Of a DNA stretch of 64,000 nucleotides, positions 26,308 through 36,947 are shown piece by piece. Both the position numbers and the translations under genes were made by a program. The notes beneath the pieces were generated by a model. That model was not told where the DNA came from. It searched no databases and saw only the letters and a list, made by a program, of their open reading frames with translations. The stretch lies in NCBI GenBank assembly GCA_965208125.1, contig OZ242320.1, positions 1,600,001 to 1,664,000 on the forward strand, written 5' to 3'. Position 1 is the stretch's first letter. Each line of letters begins with the position of its first letter. The stretch comes from Candidatus Latescibacterota bacterium (GTDB taxonomy: Bacteria > Latescibacterota > UBA2968).

Positions 26308-28659
26308 CTATTGCCCAGAATTCGTGTACACATAAACCTTTTCATCCTCCTCGTCAACCACATAGAATCTGTTGTTAGCATACGTGATACCTGCCGGATC
26401 ATCGTTGTCGCTATCCAGATCAAAGTCCGCACTTTCTACTCGCTGACCACTACTCGTGTACACATACACCTTAGCAGGATACCCCGTATCAACCACATAG
26501 AATCTGTTGTTGGCATACGTGATGCCTGCCGGCCAACTGTTGTCGCTATCCAGATCGAAGTCCGCACTTGCTACTCGCTGACCACTACTCGTGTACACAA
26601 GCATCTTATCATCACCATCAACAGACAACTCCCCGGCATCAGTCACATAGAATCTGTTGTTGGCATACGTGATACCTTCCGACCAAATGTTTCTGCCGCC
26701 ATCCAGATCGAAGTCCGCACTTGCATCACGCTGACCACTACTCGTGTACGCATACACCTTATCAACCACCAAATCAGTCACATAGAATCGGTTGTTGACA
26801 TACGTGATACCAGACGGCCACCACATGTCGGCTCTATCCAGATCAAAGTCTGCACTTGCATCACGCTGACCACTACTCGTGTACACATACACCTTTTCAT
26901 CCTCCTCGTCAACCACATAGAATCTGTTGTTGGCATACGTGATACCAGACGGATCACCGTTGCCGCTTTCCAGATTAAAGTCTGCACTTGCATCACGCTG
27001 ACCACTACTCGTGTACGCATACACCTTTTTAACACCAAAAATCTCATCATCAAGCACATAGAATCCGTTGTTAGCATACGTGATGCCTGCCGGCCAACTG
27101 TTGTCGCTATCCAGATCAAAGTCAGCACTTTCTTCACGCTGTCCACTACTCGTGTACACATACACCTTTTCAGGATACCTCGTATCAAGCACATAGAATC
27201 CGTTGTTGGCATACGTGATGCCTGCCGGACGACTGTTGTCGCTATCCAAATCGAAGTCTGCACTTGCTACTCGCTGACCACTACTTGTGTACGCATACAC
27301 CTTTTCATCCTCCTCATCAAGCACATAGAATCTGTTGTTGGCATACGTGATACCTTCCGGATCACCGTTGCCGCTATCCAGATCGAAGTCTGCACTTGCG
27401 TCACGCTGACCACTACTCGTGTACGCATACACCTTATCATCCCACCAATCAACCACATAGAATCTGTTGTTGGCATACGTGATGCCTGTCGGCCAACTGT
27501 TGTTGCTATCCAGATCAAAGTCAGCACTTTCTTCACGCTGTCCACTACTCGTGTACGCATACACCTTTTCATCATCATCAACCACATAGAACCGGTTGTT
27601 GGCATACGTGATTCTTGCCGGATCATCGTTTGCGCTATCCAGATCAAAGGGCGAGGTTGGTGTGCTTGTAGGTGGCGTCCCACCCCCACCAGAGGACGGA
27701 ACCTGTTGACCATAGCTGCTGGTAAACATTAAAAAATCAAAAAAATTGATCACGCCATTGCCATCCAGATCATACTTCGCCTGATATCTACCATCCCCTG
27801 CCTGTGCGCCATACTGCCCCTCAAACGCCACAAAGTCGGAAAAGCCAACAGTTCCATCGCCATCAAAGTCGGTAGAAAGCGCAACATTAAACGAGATCGC
27901 ATGTGTTGTTGTGATTACGTCGCTTGATGTCGCGCTTTCAGCAAGCGTAACCTGCTTAATACCAAGCCTGAACGCCTGACCCGTGACATCTGCGGCAGTG
28001 GAAAATTCTGCCCGTGCTATAAAACCAGACGAGGGCAAAGTGACAGGTGGGGCACCTGCCAGACTCGCACCTGTAGCCTCTGAAATAATAAACTGAAACG
28101 CACTGTTCTCGGCTTTGTCAAACGTCAAAACAGACGCATCAAAGTCAAACTCGAGTTTCACACCGACCAGTGATGTGGTCACACCTTTTGCGAAGACTTC
28201 AACGGCAATTTTTGTGCCCTGTCCAGAAACAACACCCGAATGAACGCCATCATCTATCTGATTACCCGCTCCACCATTGGGAATAAGATCAAGCGATAGG
28301 GGCGCATTTGCATTGGAACCAACAGCAATTTTTGCCCGCCGTTCAGGTCCTGCTCCAGATGCCCCTGCATCTTTTTCTTTTTGCACTTTAGCCTTGAGAG
28401 CGACCAGGCGTGCAAGAATTTCTGCACGTCGTTCAGGCTCCGCCTCCAATGCCATCGCCTCTTTTTCTTTCCGCATTCTGGCCTCAATTGCGGCCAGGCG
28501 TTCAAGCCACTGCTCCATCTGACGTTCAGCTATTTCTGAACGCCGTAAGGAATCCTTAGCCGAAGTATTAACCTTCGTGGCGTCAGCAGCAATCTGACTG
28601 CCCACAAAGACCAGCAATGCAAAGGCAACAATACCCAACAATACTTTTTTTTGAAACAT
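26308..28659 (-). CDS. Secreted multidomain protein: cohesin-like, EF-hand/dockerin-like, then 10 NHL/beta-propeller-like repeats
   Basis: Signal peptide; DFDGDGTVGFSDF and DLDGNGVINFFDF; 10 copies of DFDLD..N..P.GITYANNRFYV.D...KVY.YTSSGQR. Confidence 0.85.
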   Translation of the reverse strand: MFQKKVLLGIVAFALLVFVGSQIAADATKVNTSAKDSLRRSEIAERQMEQWLERLAAIEARMRKEKEAMALEAEPERRAEILARLVALKAKVQKEKDAGASGAGPERRAKIAVGSNANAPLSLDLIPNGGAGNQIDDGVHSGVVSGQGTKIAVEVFAKGVTTSLVGVKLEFDFDASVLTFDKAENSAFQFIISEATGASLAGAPPVTLPSSGFIARAEFSTAADVTGQAFRLGIKQVTLAESATSSDVITTTHAISFNVALSTDFDGDGTVGFSDFVAFEGQYGAQAGDGRYQAKYDLDGNGVINFFDFLMFTSSYGQQVPSSGGGGTPPTSTPTSPFDLDSANDDPARITYANNRFYVVDDDEKVYAYTSSGQREESADFDLDSNNSWPTGITYANNRFYVVDWWDDKVYAYTSSGQRDASADFDLDSGNGDPEGITYANNRFYVLDEEDEKVYAYTSSGQRVASADFDLDSDNSRPAGITYANNGFYVLDTRYPEKVYVYTSSGQREESADFDLDSDNSWPAGITYANNGFYVLDDEIFGVKKVYAYTSSGQRDASADFNLESGNGDPSGITYANNRFYVVDEEDEKVYVYTSSGQRDASADFDLDRADMWWPSGITYVNNRFYVTDLVVDKVYAYTSSGQRDASADFDLDGGRNIWSEGITYANNRFYVTDAGELSVDGDDKMLVYTSSGQRVASADFDLDSDNSWPAGITYANNRFYVVDTGYPAKVYVYTSSGQRVESADFDLDSDNDDPAGITYANNRFYVVDEEDEKVYVYTNSGQ

Positions 28660-29006
28660 TTACAATCCCCGATGTCATTGTTGTTTTTCAGATACTTACA
28701 TGATGGATTCCACGAACATTGCGATGATAAATGGCCTGTCTTTTTTTGTAAACGTTTGTAAATCTCATTATAAAAAAATGATATATCATGTCAAATTAAA
28801 AATATCGCCGTAAATATGAAAGAGCAAGTCGTAAGATTTGTCCTGCTGTTCAGAATTTGTTCCAGTTTCCTTTTTTTGCGATTATTTTTCAGGTGGATAG
28901 GCAAAAATAGGAAGTTCTTTCGATATTTGGAGATCACAAGGCGATTGAGTATCTTAAATAATCTCTATCGAATCTATTCACAGGATTGATAATAAGGGAA
29001 TTACAC

Positions 29007-30590
29007 ATGATTGATATACTGGGTTTTATCTTCGTAATCTTAATCTGCGCCACAACCGCATGGGCAGAAGGAAACCACAGCAAATTGGTATATCCGGGAC
29101 CTGATGGACGGCTGGTCTATGTACCGGATGAAAAAGGCAATATAATCCCGGACTTTTCGCACTGCGGGTACATGGGGGGAGGTGTGGCACTGCCAGACGT
29201 ACCGGTCATATTGACCGTTCAACCCCAGGCAGAAGGAGACGACACAGCGCGATTACAAGCGGCAATTGACGACGTATCTGCGCGCGCACTGGACGCCAAT
29301 GGATTTCGCGGGACCCTGTTACTCGAGCGCGGAAAATATCGAATTGGCGGAACCCTGCGGATTCGGGCAAGCGGCGTTGTACTCCGCGGTCAAGGCACAG
29401 ATGAAAACGGCACAGTATTAATCGCAACAGGGAAAGGACAGCGCACATTAATCGAATTTGAAGGCCGGGGACGCAGGCCGCGAGAAATAGAAAACACGCG
29501 ACAGGCCATTGTAGATGATTATGTCCCCGTAGGCGCAAAAACATTCGCCATAGCAGACGCTTCAGATTTTGCATCAGGCGACGCGATCATCGTACATCGC
29601 CCCAGCACGGCAAAGTGGATTGCAACCATAGGCATGGACCGCATAGAAATGAAACACCCCGGAGTCCAACAATGGAAACCTGGCTCCTACGACTTTCACT
29701 TTGACCGCACCATAACAGCCATAAATGGCAATCGAATAACAATCGACGCGCCAATGGGCAACGCGATAGAAAGCGAATACGGCGGTGGATCGATTTACAA
29801 ATACGAATATCCCGGGCGCATTGAACAGGTCGGCATCGAAAACTTGCGCGGCGTATCGGAATTTGATGAAACAGAAAAAGATCCCCGGCGGAAAAACGAA
29901 TATATCGACGAAGACCACGCCTGGAACTTCGTCGTATTCTCCCGGGTAAAAAATGCCTGGGCACGCGACATAACCTCAGTTCACTTTGGATATGCATGTA
30001 TAACCATTGGCAACCAGGCAAAATGGATGACCGTACAGGATAGCCAATGCCTCGACCCCGTATCAAAAATCACTGGATCGCGGCGCTACTCCTTCCCCAT
30101 CCACGGGCAATTATCCCTCGTACAACGGTGTTATACCCGGCGGGGACGACACGATTATGTACTGCACGCCCGCGTACCCGGACCAAATGCATTTGTAGAT
30201 TGCGTAGCAGACATCGCGCACTCCGACACGGGACCCCATCACCGCTGGTCTGTTTGCACCCTGTTTGACAACGTAATCGTAAACGGCAACGCCATCAACG
30301 TACAGGACCGGCAAAGTTCGGGCACCGGCCACGGTTGGGCGGGCGCGCAAAAAGTATTGTGGAATTGCGAGGCAGAGAGCTTTATCTTACAAAAACCCCC
30401 AACATCGCAAAATTACGCCATTGGCTGCATCGGCGAAAAACGAAACGGTCGGCACGCGCGCGAGGACGGATACTGGGATTCACACGGGCAAAAAGTAGTT
30501 CCGCGCAGTCTGTACTTAAAACAACTCGAAGATCGCCTGGGCATAGAAGCCGTAGAAGCCATAGGCGCACAAATCGGAGAGGAAAATTAA
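29007..30590 (+). CDS. Secreted pectin-lyase-fold (beta-helix) polysaccharide-active protein
   Basis: Signal peptide; DFSHCGY.GG, DDT..LQAAID, SGVVLRG.G, GHGWAGA. Confidence 0.7.
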   Translation: MIDILGFIFVILICATTAWAEGNHSKLVYPGPDGRLVYVPDEKGNIIPDFSHCGYMGGGVALPDVPVILTVQPQAEGDDTARLQAAIDDVSARALDANGFRGTLLLERGKYRIGGTLRIRASGVVLRGQGTDENGTVLIATGKGQRTLIEFEGRGRRPREIENTRQAIVDDYVPVGAKTFAIADASDFASGDAIIVHRPSTAKWIATIGMDRIEMKHPGVQQWKPGSYDFHFDRTITAINGNRITIDAPMGNAIESEYGGGSIYKYEYPGRIEQVGIENLRGVSEFDETEKDPRRKNEYIDEDHAWNFVVFSRVKNAWARDITSVHFGYACITIGNQAKWMTVQDSQCLDPVSKITGSRRYSFPIHGQLSLVQRCYTRRGRHDYVLHARVPGPNAFVDCVADIAHSDTGPHHRWSVCTLFDNVIVNGNAINVQDRQSSGTGHGWAGAQKVLWNCEAESFILQKPPTSQNYAIGCIGEKRNGRHAREDGYWDSHGQKVVPRSLYLKQLEDRLGIEAVEAIGAQIGEEN

Positions 30591-31331
30591 ATGGCAAAAC
30601 GCAAACGACGACCACAAGCAGGACCGGAATTCATGCGGCGCACACAGTTCAAAAATTTGGGCCCAACCGGACAGGCGCGCAGAGAACCACCTCCCATGCC
30701 CGAATTGCATTACCGGGGCGAAACAATAGACCTGCCCGAACCCGCGCAGATCGAAACAACGCAAATCGACCTGCGCCGAGCCATAGATGAGCGCAAGAGC
30801 GAGCGCGTATTCTTCGACGACCCCATCACACTGGATGAGCTGACCTACTTACTCTGGGCAACGCAGGGCGTAAAGGAATTTGAACAGGGCGAAACATTTC
30901 GCACCGTACCATCGGCGGGTGCGCGTCACGCATTTGAAACCTATATCGTAGTGAACAACGTAGAAAGCCTGGACCGCGGGTTATACCGGTATCTGGCCAT
31001 GGGACACAAACTGGGAATAATCGACCAATCAGACGAAATTGGCGAAAGAATTGCCAACACCACCTTGCAACCCGAACTGATCCAGACAAGTGCCGCCACA
31101 TTCATCTGGACAACAGTAGCCGCGCGAATGACCTGGCGCTACGGTGACCGGGGGTATCGTTATATCCACCTCGATGCCGGACATGTGGGACAAAACCTGT
31201 ACCTGGGCGCCATGGCCGTAAACTGCCGCGCCTGCACCAGTGCGGCATTCAACGACGACGAATTAAATCGGACGCTCAAACTCGACGGCGTCGAACATTT
31301 TGCCGTATATTTCGGCTCAGTGGGAAAATAA
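30591..31331 (+). CDS. SagB/ThcOx-type nitroreductase family protein
   Basis: RKSER.F, RTVPSAGARH, LDAGHVGQNLYL. Confidence 0.9.
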   Translation: MAKRKRRPQAGPEFMRRTQFKNLGPTGQARREPPPMPELHYRGETIDLPEPAQIETTQIDLRRAIDERKSERVFFDDPITLDELTYLLWATQGVKEFEQGETFRTVPSAGARHAFETYIVVNNVESLDRGLYRYLAMGHKLGIIDQSDEIGERIANTTLQPELIQTSAATFIWTTVAARMTWRYGDRGYRYIHLDAGHVGQNLYLGAMAVNCRACTSAAFNDDELNRTLKLDGVEHFAVYFGSVGK

Positions 31332-31347
31332 ATAGGAGGATAACGCC

Positions 31348-32517
31348 ATGAAAATTGAAGCAATCGACTTTCTGATCCTCAAAAGCGAACCCGTAACCCC
31401 GGAATGGCGACCCTTGCGCACCATGCGGGAATATCCCGGCGCGCACAAAGTGCGATTCGGTCACCGACTCTTTCAAGGCGAAGGAATTCAACTCACAAAA
31501 AGACCGGCGTACCTCACCCTGCTTCGCATCCGCACAGATGCAAACCTGGAAACCTGCGGTATTTTTGCCACCGGCTGGGCGCAGGAAGACCTCGAATGGG
31601 CAGCGCGCACATTCAAAGTACAGTGGGAACCGGAAATCGCAGGCACTGAAGCCCTGGACCGGGAGTACATGTGGCACAAAATGTGGATGGCGCGACGGTA
31701 TTTCCACATGGCATCCACCGCCCCGCTCGCCCTCATCGACTCCCTTCTCTGGGACCTGGCGGGCCTGCACGCACAATTACCCATCCACAAATTGCTCGGC
31801 GGATTTCGCAATCGCGTCCCCGCCTACCTCACCGAAACCGGCATACCCTACGAAGACACACTAAAATCCGCCCAAAGGGCTGTTGACGAAGGATACAAAG
31901 GCTTCAAAGACCACTCCATGCTCGGCGTGGAAACCAACCTCGCGCTCGCCAAAGACATCCGGGACCTCGTCGGCGACGACATGGTACTCATGCACGACCC
32001 GGTACAACAATACTCCGTCGAAGATGCGATCGTAGTCGGACGCGGACTCGAAGAACTGAATTATCTCTGGATCGAAGAACCCCTGCAGGAATTCGACATC
32101 AACGGCCTGAAGCGACTCTCAGACGCAATCGACCTTCCAGTAATGGCATTGGAATCCATCCAGGGCAACCCCTATCTCGCCGCACCGTACCTTTCAATCG
32201 GCGCCATAGACATCGTGCGTCAAACAGGACTGGGCATCACCGGACAGATGAAATTGGCCAACCTGGCAGAAATGTTTGGACTGAACTGCCACGGAGGAAA
32301 TCCCCACGTCGTAGCCGCGGTCCGAAACGACGACTGGTGGGAAGTCTCGGCCTGGCCACCCACGGGCGCAGACAGATCCCTCGCGTCGGCCTTTGCCGGC
32401 TTAATCGAAGAAACGACAGAAGTACGAGACGGCTACATGTACGTGCCACAAACGCCCGGACTCGGGCGAAAAATCGATTGGGACCGAATCAAGGCGCAGA
32501 CTGTAATGGAGATTTGA
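31348..32517 (+). CDS. Mandelate racemase/muconate lactonizing enzyme family enolase
   Basis: LWDLAG, K.H, MHD, WIEEP, P..PGLG. Confidence 0.88.
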   Translation: MKIEAIDFLILKSEPVTPEWRPLRTMREYPGAHKVRFGHRLFQGEGIQLTKRPAYLTLLRIRTDANLETCGIFATGWAQEDLEWAARTFKVQWEPEIAGTEALDREYMWHKMWMARRYFHMASTAPLALIDSLLWDLAGLHAQLPIHKLLGGFRNRVPAYLTETGIPYEDTLKSAQRAVDEGYKGFKDHSMLGVETNLALAKDIRDLVGDDMVLMHDPVQQYSVEDAIVVGRGLEELNYLWIEEPLQEFDINGLKRLSDAIDLPVMALESIQGNPYLAAPYLSIGAIDIVRQTGLGITGQMKLANLAEMFGLNCHGGNPHVVAAVRNDDWWEVSAWPPTGADRSLASAFAGLIEETTEVRDGYMYVPQTPGLGRKIDWDRIKAQTVMEI

Positions 32518-32530
32518 AAGGAGAAAGAAC

Positions 32531-32671
32531 TTGAAAGGGTGGGACAACATCATCGGAAAACTGTGGATCGTGGCCCGCTTCGTATTAGAACTCGTCATCG
32601 TCTTCGTGGGTGTCTATCTCGCCTTTTTATTGGCGGACTACCGGGACGAGCGAACAGAAGATCAGCTATAG
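32531..32671 (+). pseudogene. Short membrane-anchor ORF, probably a truncated gene
   Basis: TTG start with RBS AGGAG; ...ELVIVFVGVYLAFLLADYRDER then stop at 46 aa. Confidence 0.4.
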
Positions 32672-32684
32672 GCTTTCCACTTCC

Positions 32685-33803
32685 TTATCCCAACCACCGC
32701 TTCCGTGGAAACCGGGCATATACGTACTGACTGTCATACGTATTATCCTCCGCATAGGACGAACGCCCGCCCAGCAGATCGCACGCATATCTTTCGATCT
32801 CTTCATCCACCAGATCAACACCCAGGCCCGGACCCTCGGGAATCGCGATATAACTATCGACCACCTCGGGTTGCGGTGCCATCACCTCATACCGCGCCTG
32901 AACATCGCCCGTTCGGTGCTCCCAGATCAAAAAATTTGGCAGCGTCGCGCACAAATGGATAGACGCGATCTCCCCCACTGGACCCAGCGACCCATCGTGC
33001 GGCGCAAACTGGATATAGTGTGCCTCGGCCATACCCGCGAGCTTCTTCATCTGAGCCAGACCGCCGAACCGCCCGGCATCCGGCTGAATAACATCCACAA
33101 TCTCGCGCTCAATAAGCTCGCGAGCACCGAAGACATAGGCGACTCGTTCCCCGGCTGCAAGGGGGATATTAATCGCTTCGGACACGCGCGCAAGCGCCTC
33201 CACATTCTCGGGCGCGACCGGTTCCTCGTAAAAAAACACCCCGAACTCTTCAAGTCTCCGCCCCATAGAAATCGCATCGCGCGTCGTCATCCACGGCATA
33301 CCGTGCAAATCGACCATAATATCGATATCGTCCCCTACCTCATTGCGTATCGCCGTAATATCGCGGATACAGTGCTCAATTCCCCCCATCTTGAGACCCG
33401 TAAAGCCCTGATCCACGAGTTCCCGCGCGCTCTCAGCCGTATTCGCGTGCGTGTACACCCGCAAACGCTCGCGCATCCGACCGCCCAGCAATTGCCAGAC
33501 CGGCATATTAAACGCCTTCCCCTTAATATCCCACAGCGCCGTTTCAATAGCCGAAATCGCACCCGCGCCCACAATGCCCGACATCCCGTGGGTCTGCAAA
33601 AACATCTTGCTCCATAACCGCTCGATATTAAAGGGATCCTCACCGATAATCAAGCTCGCCTTGTGGTGAATCTCCGTCTGAATACTCGGCCATGCAGTCG
33701 CCTCTCCCACGCCATAGATCCCCTCATCCGTAAAAACCCTGCAAAACAAAAAATTTCTGCCATCCTGCCCAGCAGTATAGGTCTTAACATCCGTAATCTT
33801 CAT
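32685..33803 (-). CDS. Galactonate dehydratase-like enolase
   Basis: TDEGIYGVGE, ALWDIKGK, DLH, EEP, GER, QPD, PEGPGLG. Confidence 0.9.
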   Translation of the reverse strand: MKITDVKTYTAGQDGRNFLFCRVFTDEGIYGVGEATAWPSIQTEIHHKASLIIGEDPFNIERLWSKMFLQTHGMSGIVGAGAISAIETALWDIKGKAFNMPVWQLLGGRMRERLRVYTHANTAESARELVDQGFTGLKMGGIEHCIRDITAIRNEVGDDIDIMVDLHGMPWMTTRDAISMGRRLEEFGVFFYEEPVAPENVEALARVSEAINIPLAAGERVAYVFGARELIEREIVDVIQPDAGRFGGLAQMKKLAGMAEAHYIQFAPHDGSLGPVGEIASIHLCATLPNFLIWEHRTGDVQARYEVMAPQPEVVDSYIAIPEGPGLGVDLVDEEIERYACDLLGGRSSYAEDNTYDSQYVYARFPRKRWLG

Positions 33804-33818
33804 TCTCTCACCCCGCGA

Positions 33819-35825
33819 TCATGGATCGCAATGAATCTCGTGCCCATCTCCGGGAAACCAGAAAACATCGACAAAAACACCCAGAAAAACACCTGCGATA
33901 TAGCCCATAATCATACCCAGGAAAAAGGGTGCATAGCGCCGATAGCGCTCCAAACCACCCAACTTCATAATAATCGTCTTCACACCCCACATCAAAAAAA
34001 TACTAAAAGAATTATCCTGCATCTCTACCATGCCACAGATCGTAAAACCAATGGGATGGATCGGAAAGCCCGGGAAGCGATAACGCAGAAAATAGAGTGT
34101 ACCAGTAAAAATGCCGCCAATACCCATAAACAAAAAGCGATTCCAGTCCGTAAACAGCACATCGCCCTGAATTCGGGACACAGCCAGACGGCTAAAACCC
34201 GCCCCATTGAGCGTGCCAATACCCTTAAATGTCGTCCGCCCAAAATTGGCACTGCCAATACCGTAATACCCCTGGTATATGACGAATATGATAACCACCG
34301 CCGCACCGAGCAAACAACCGATGAGCACAGTCGGCGCCACGGCTTTGCGGCTGCGCTTTGCCATCGCCATACTCAACCGCGGAACATGCGCCATCTGCGT
34401 CGTCGCAAACGTCTTCCCATCCGCCACGAGACTCATCGTAAGCGTCAAAATAGAAGCGCCGGCAGGCCCCATATTCCCAACGCCGACGGCATGCCATGTA
34501 AACCCCGGCGCCGTGAGAGGCACCCGAAGATAGACCAGACCGCTCTCCACCACAATGCGCGACATCCCCACAAACAAAACGAGCATCGCAAATGACCATG
34601 CGAGAATCGTCTCCGGCCCCATACCCGCGCGCCAGAGCCAGAGAAACACAAAACCGCAACACGCCAGCAAAAGCCAGACAGCCGTGCGATAAGACATAAT
34701 CTCTTCGGAATCATCCACACTTTCATCGCGCAAAAACGCCTTGCGAAAAATATCTCGAAAATGAGACCGCGCAATCCAGAACCCCCAGCCGACAAAAACG
34801 GCCATCCCCCCAAATGTCATCCAGCCAATCGCCGGATGGCTCGAACTCCACGGATCATTCGGGCCCAAATCCAGGCCAAAACGATTGAACAGCCCCACCA
34901 CACAGATCTGAACCACATGGAAAAACCACAGGCTGAAAAGCACCTCCAGCTTGGTGAAATACCCCAGACAAAACGTGAGCAACACAAACGTAGTCACAAT
35001 ACTCGGAAAGCCCGGCGCTACCGAAATCACATTCCGCCCATATCGCCCCGCCAGAAATGGAAACATCGGTAAATTGACCGTGAACCACGTAAACACATTC
35101 CACGCAATAATCGCAAACGTAAGGCCAAATCCCCATTGAAACAGGCGATTGCGCACAAGCGTCCTCAGCGTACCCGTCGTACCCGAAACACCCGTGAGTT
35201 CCAGCAGCGCAGTGGCGACTGGAAAAGACAGCCGCTCGTATTCCATCCACTGTTTCCGCAACAAAACACTGAGACACAGGTGAATCGCCAAAATACTCGC
35301 AATCAGCGCACCCCACCAGAAAAGCACCGAAAACCACTCACCCCACGGAAACGCTGCACCGGGCACTTGCCCCTCGTAAAATCCGCGCACTGCATCGCGA
35401 TTGGTAATCGTCGTCCAGCTCGGCATGTACGGCAGGAGAAGCTCATCAAACCGATTCTCTGGCGACGCGTAATACGCCGGCATCGTCAGCATCTGCAAGA
35501 ACCACACCGTGAGCCACTCGCCCTGCATAGTAGATGCGACAAACCCGATACAGCAAACCGTAAGCAATTCCGTTGGAGAAAACCCGATACCGCGCCGCTC
35601 GAGAAAAGCGTTCAGAATCAGAAGCCCCACAAAAGGAATGAGCATCGCCATAGAAAGATGCGAATGATCAGCCCGCGTTGAATTCACCACAAAACTGGTA
35701 TAGGTCGGCCACAGGGGCATAAGCATGGCCATACCCAGCCCAATCAGGAGGGATCGTTTGGTAATAACGGAAGAGCCTTCAGCGGTTTCTGATTTGGGAA
35801 GGCGCGGTTGTGGAGATGCGGACAT
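33819..35825 (-). CDS. Polytopic membrane protein (DUF6785/DUF6784-like, putative transporter)
   Basis: Many TM segments; RKQW..YERLSFP, FPIHPIG, PFFLG. Confidence 0.75.
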   Translation of the reverse strand: MSASPQPRLPKSETAEGSSVITKRSLLIGLGMAMLMPLWPTYTSFVVNSTRADHSHLSMAMLIPFVGLLILNAFLERRGIGFSPTELLTVCCIGFVASTMQGEWLTVWFLQMLTMPAYYASPENRFDELLLPYMPSWTTITNRDAVRGFYEGQVPGAAFPWGEWFSVLFWWGALIASILAIHLCLSVLLRKQWMEYERLSFPVATALLELTGVSGTTGTLRTLVRNRLFQWGFGLTFAIIAWNVFTWFTVNLPMFPFLAGRYGRNVISVAPGFPSIVTTFVLLTFCLGYFTKLEVLFSLWFFHVVQICVVGLFNRFGLDLGPNDPWSSSHPAIGWMTFGGMAVFVGWGFWIARSHFRDIFRKAFLRDESVDDSEEIMSYRTAVWLLLACCGFVFLWLWRAGMGPETILAWSFAMLVLFVGMSRIVVESGLVYLRVPLTAPGFTWHAVGVGNMGPAGASILTLTMSLVADGKTFATTQMAHVPRLSMAMAKRSRKAVAPTVLIGCLLGAAVVIIFVIYQGYYGIGSANFGRTTFKGIGTLNGAGFSRLAVSRIQGDVLFTDWNRFLFMGIGGIFTGTLYFLRYRFPGFPIHPIGFTICGMVEMQDNSFSIFLMWGVKTIIMKLGGLERYRRYAPFFLGMIMGYIAGVFLGVFVDVFWFPGDGHEIHCDP

Positions 35826-35871
35826 AGACTTTGGATTGGGATTGATGGTGGACTGGATAAGGGAATTGCTG

Positions 35872-35925
35872 GGGACGGCACAGGAGCCTGTCCCGTAGTG
35901 ACTCTATACGGGAACCGTCCCCTAC
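35872..35925. repeat. GTAG-type REP copy interrupted by an internal hairpin
   Basis: GGGACGGCACAGG...TCCCGTA-9 nt-TACGGGA...CCGTCCCCTAC. Confidence 0.7.
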
Positions 35926-35963
35926 GATGATAGTGTTATCCGATTTGCTGTAGAGACAACCAA

Positions 35964-36947
35964 CTATTCTTCATTAACCGCTTGCATCAGCGCATGGATA
36001 TACCCGTACGTGTACGCAAAACCGACCTGCCTCGATTCGGGACCGGAAATACCCGGAACGTGATCGGGCATAATCATATATTCGTAGCCCACTTCTTTGA
36101 ACGTCCGCAAAGCCTTCAGCATATCCACATCGCCCTCATCGGGAAACACCTCGACAAAATTGCGAAGACCGCCCTTGATATTGCGGAAATGCACATTGAA
36201 AATCTTCTTGCGCTCTCCAAAATAACGGATCACATCATAGGCGTCCGCACTGGGATCCTCCAGACTCTCGGACATACAGCCCAGACAGAAATTCAATCCA
36301 TTGTACGGACTATCGTACAAATCGATAAACTTCTTAAAACCATCCACCATACCGAGCACACGCGCGACCCCTCGATACGTCGTCCCATATCCGATACCTG
36401 GATCCGAGGGATGGCACGCCATCTGGATCTTGTACTCCTCCGCCACAGGCATAATATTCTGCAACCAGTGATCGATGCGCGCCCACATCTCGTCTTCATC
36501 TGCAGCGCCGCCTTCAAACTCGCCCAAAGATTGATCCAATTTATCGTACTCAAACGACGACAGCCTAGCGCCCCCGCGTCCGTATCGCGGCTCTGTCCGC
36601 ATATGCCCCAAAATCGTGATATTGTAATTCAGCCCGCGCAACCCCGCTTCCGCCGCCATTCTGACCGTCTCGCACATGCGCTCAATAGCCCGGTCACGCT
36701 CGTCGCTGGGACCCAGGAAAATCGCACCAGCCTCGTTTTGGAAAGCACTGCTTGAACCCAACGGAATGTGAATCATCTCGAGATTAATGCCATATTTATC
36801 ATACCGATCGCGCATGGACTTAATCGCATCGGCACTCCACTCCGCCCAGGGTCCCTCCGGTGTTTGATCGACATTAAAAACCCCGAGTTGCGCGAGAATC
36901 TCGATATCCGTGTCGTTCCGACAAGCCACCTGCGTTCCGATATACAT
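35964..36947 (-). CDS. Mannonate dehydratase (UxuA-like)
   Basis: CHPSDP, NGLNFC.G, VHFRN, GDVDM, PDHVP, AYTYGYI; RBS GGAGG. Confidence 0.88.
   Translation of the reverse strand: MYIGTQVACRNDTDIEILAQLGVFNVDQTPEGPWAEWSADAIKSMRDRYDKYGINLEMIHIPLGSSSAFQNEAGAIFLGPSDERDRAIERMCETVRMAAEAGLRGLNYNITILGHMRTEPRYGRGGARLSSFEYDKLDQSLGEFEGGAADEDEMWARIDHWLQNIMPVAEEYKIQMACHPSDPGIGYGTTYRGVARVLGMVDGFKKFIDLYDSPYNGLNFCLGCMSESLEDPSADAYDVIRYFGERKKIFNVHFRNIKGGLRNFVEVFPDEGDVDMLKALRTFKEVGYEYMIMPDHVPGISGPESRQVGFAYTYGYIHALMQAVNEE

Noticed and set aside
26254-27732. 492-aa + strand repetitive ORF, and a CRISPR- or DGR-like reading of the ~132-bp repeats
   Set aside because: It is the antisense shadow of the repeat protein. 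The variation includes indels and is not adenine-specific, and there is no reverse transcriptase in the window
30591-31331. Thiazole/oxazole RiPP cluster suggested by the SagB-type domain
   Set aside because: No YcaO, precursor peptide or transporter nearby; stand-alone nitroreductases of this type are common
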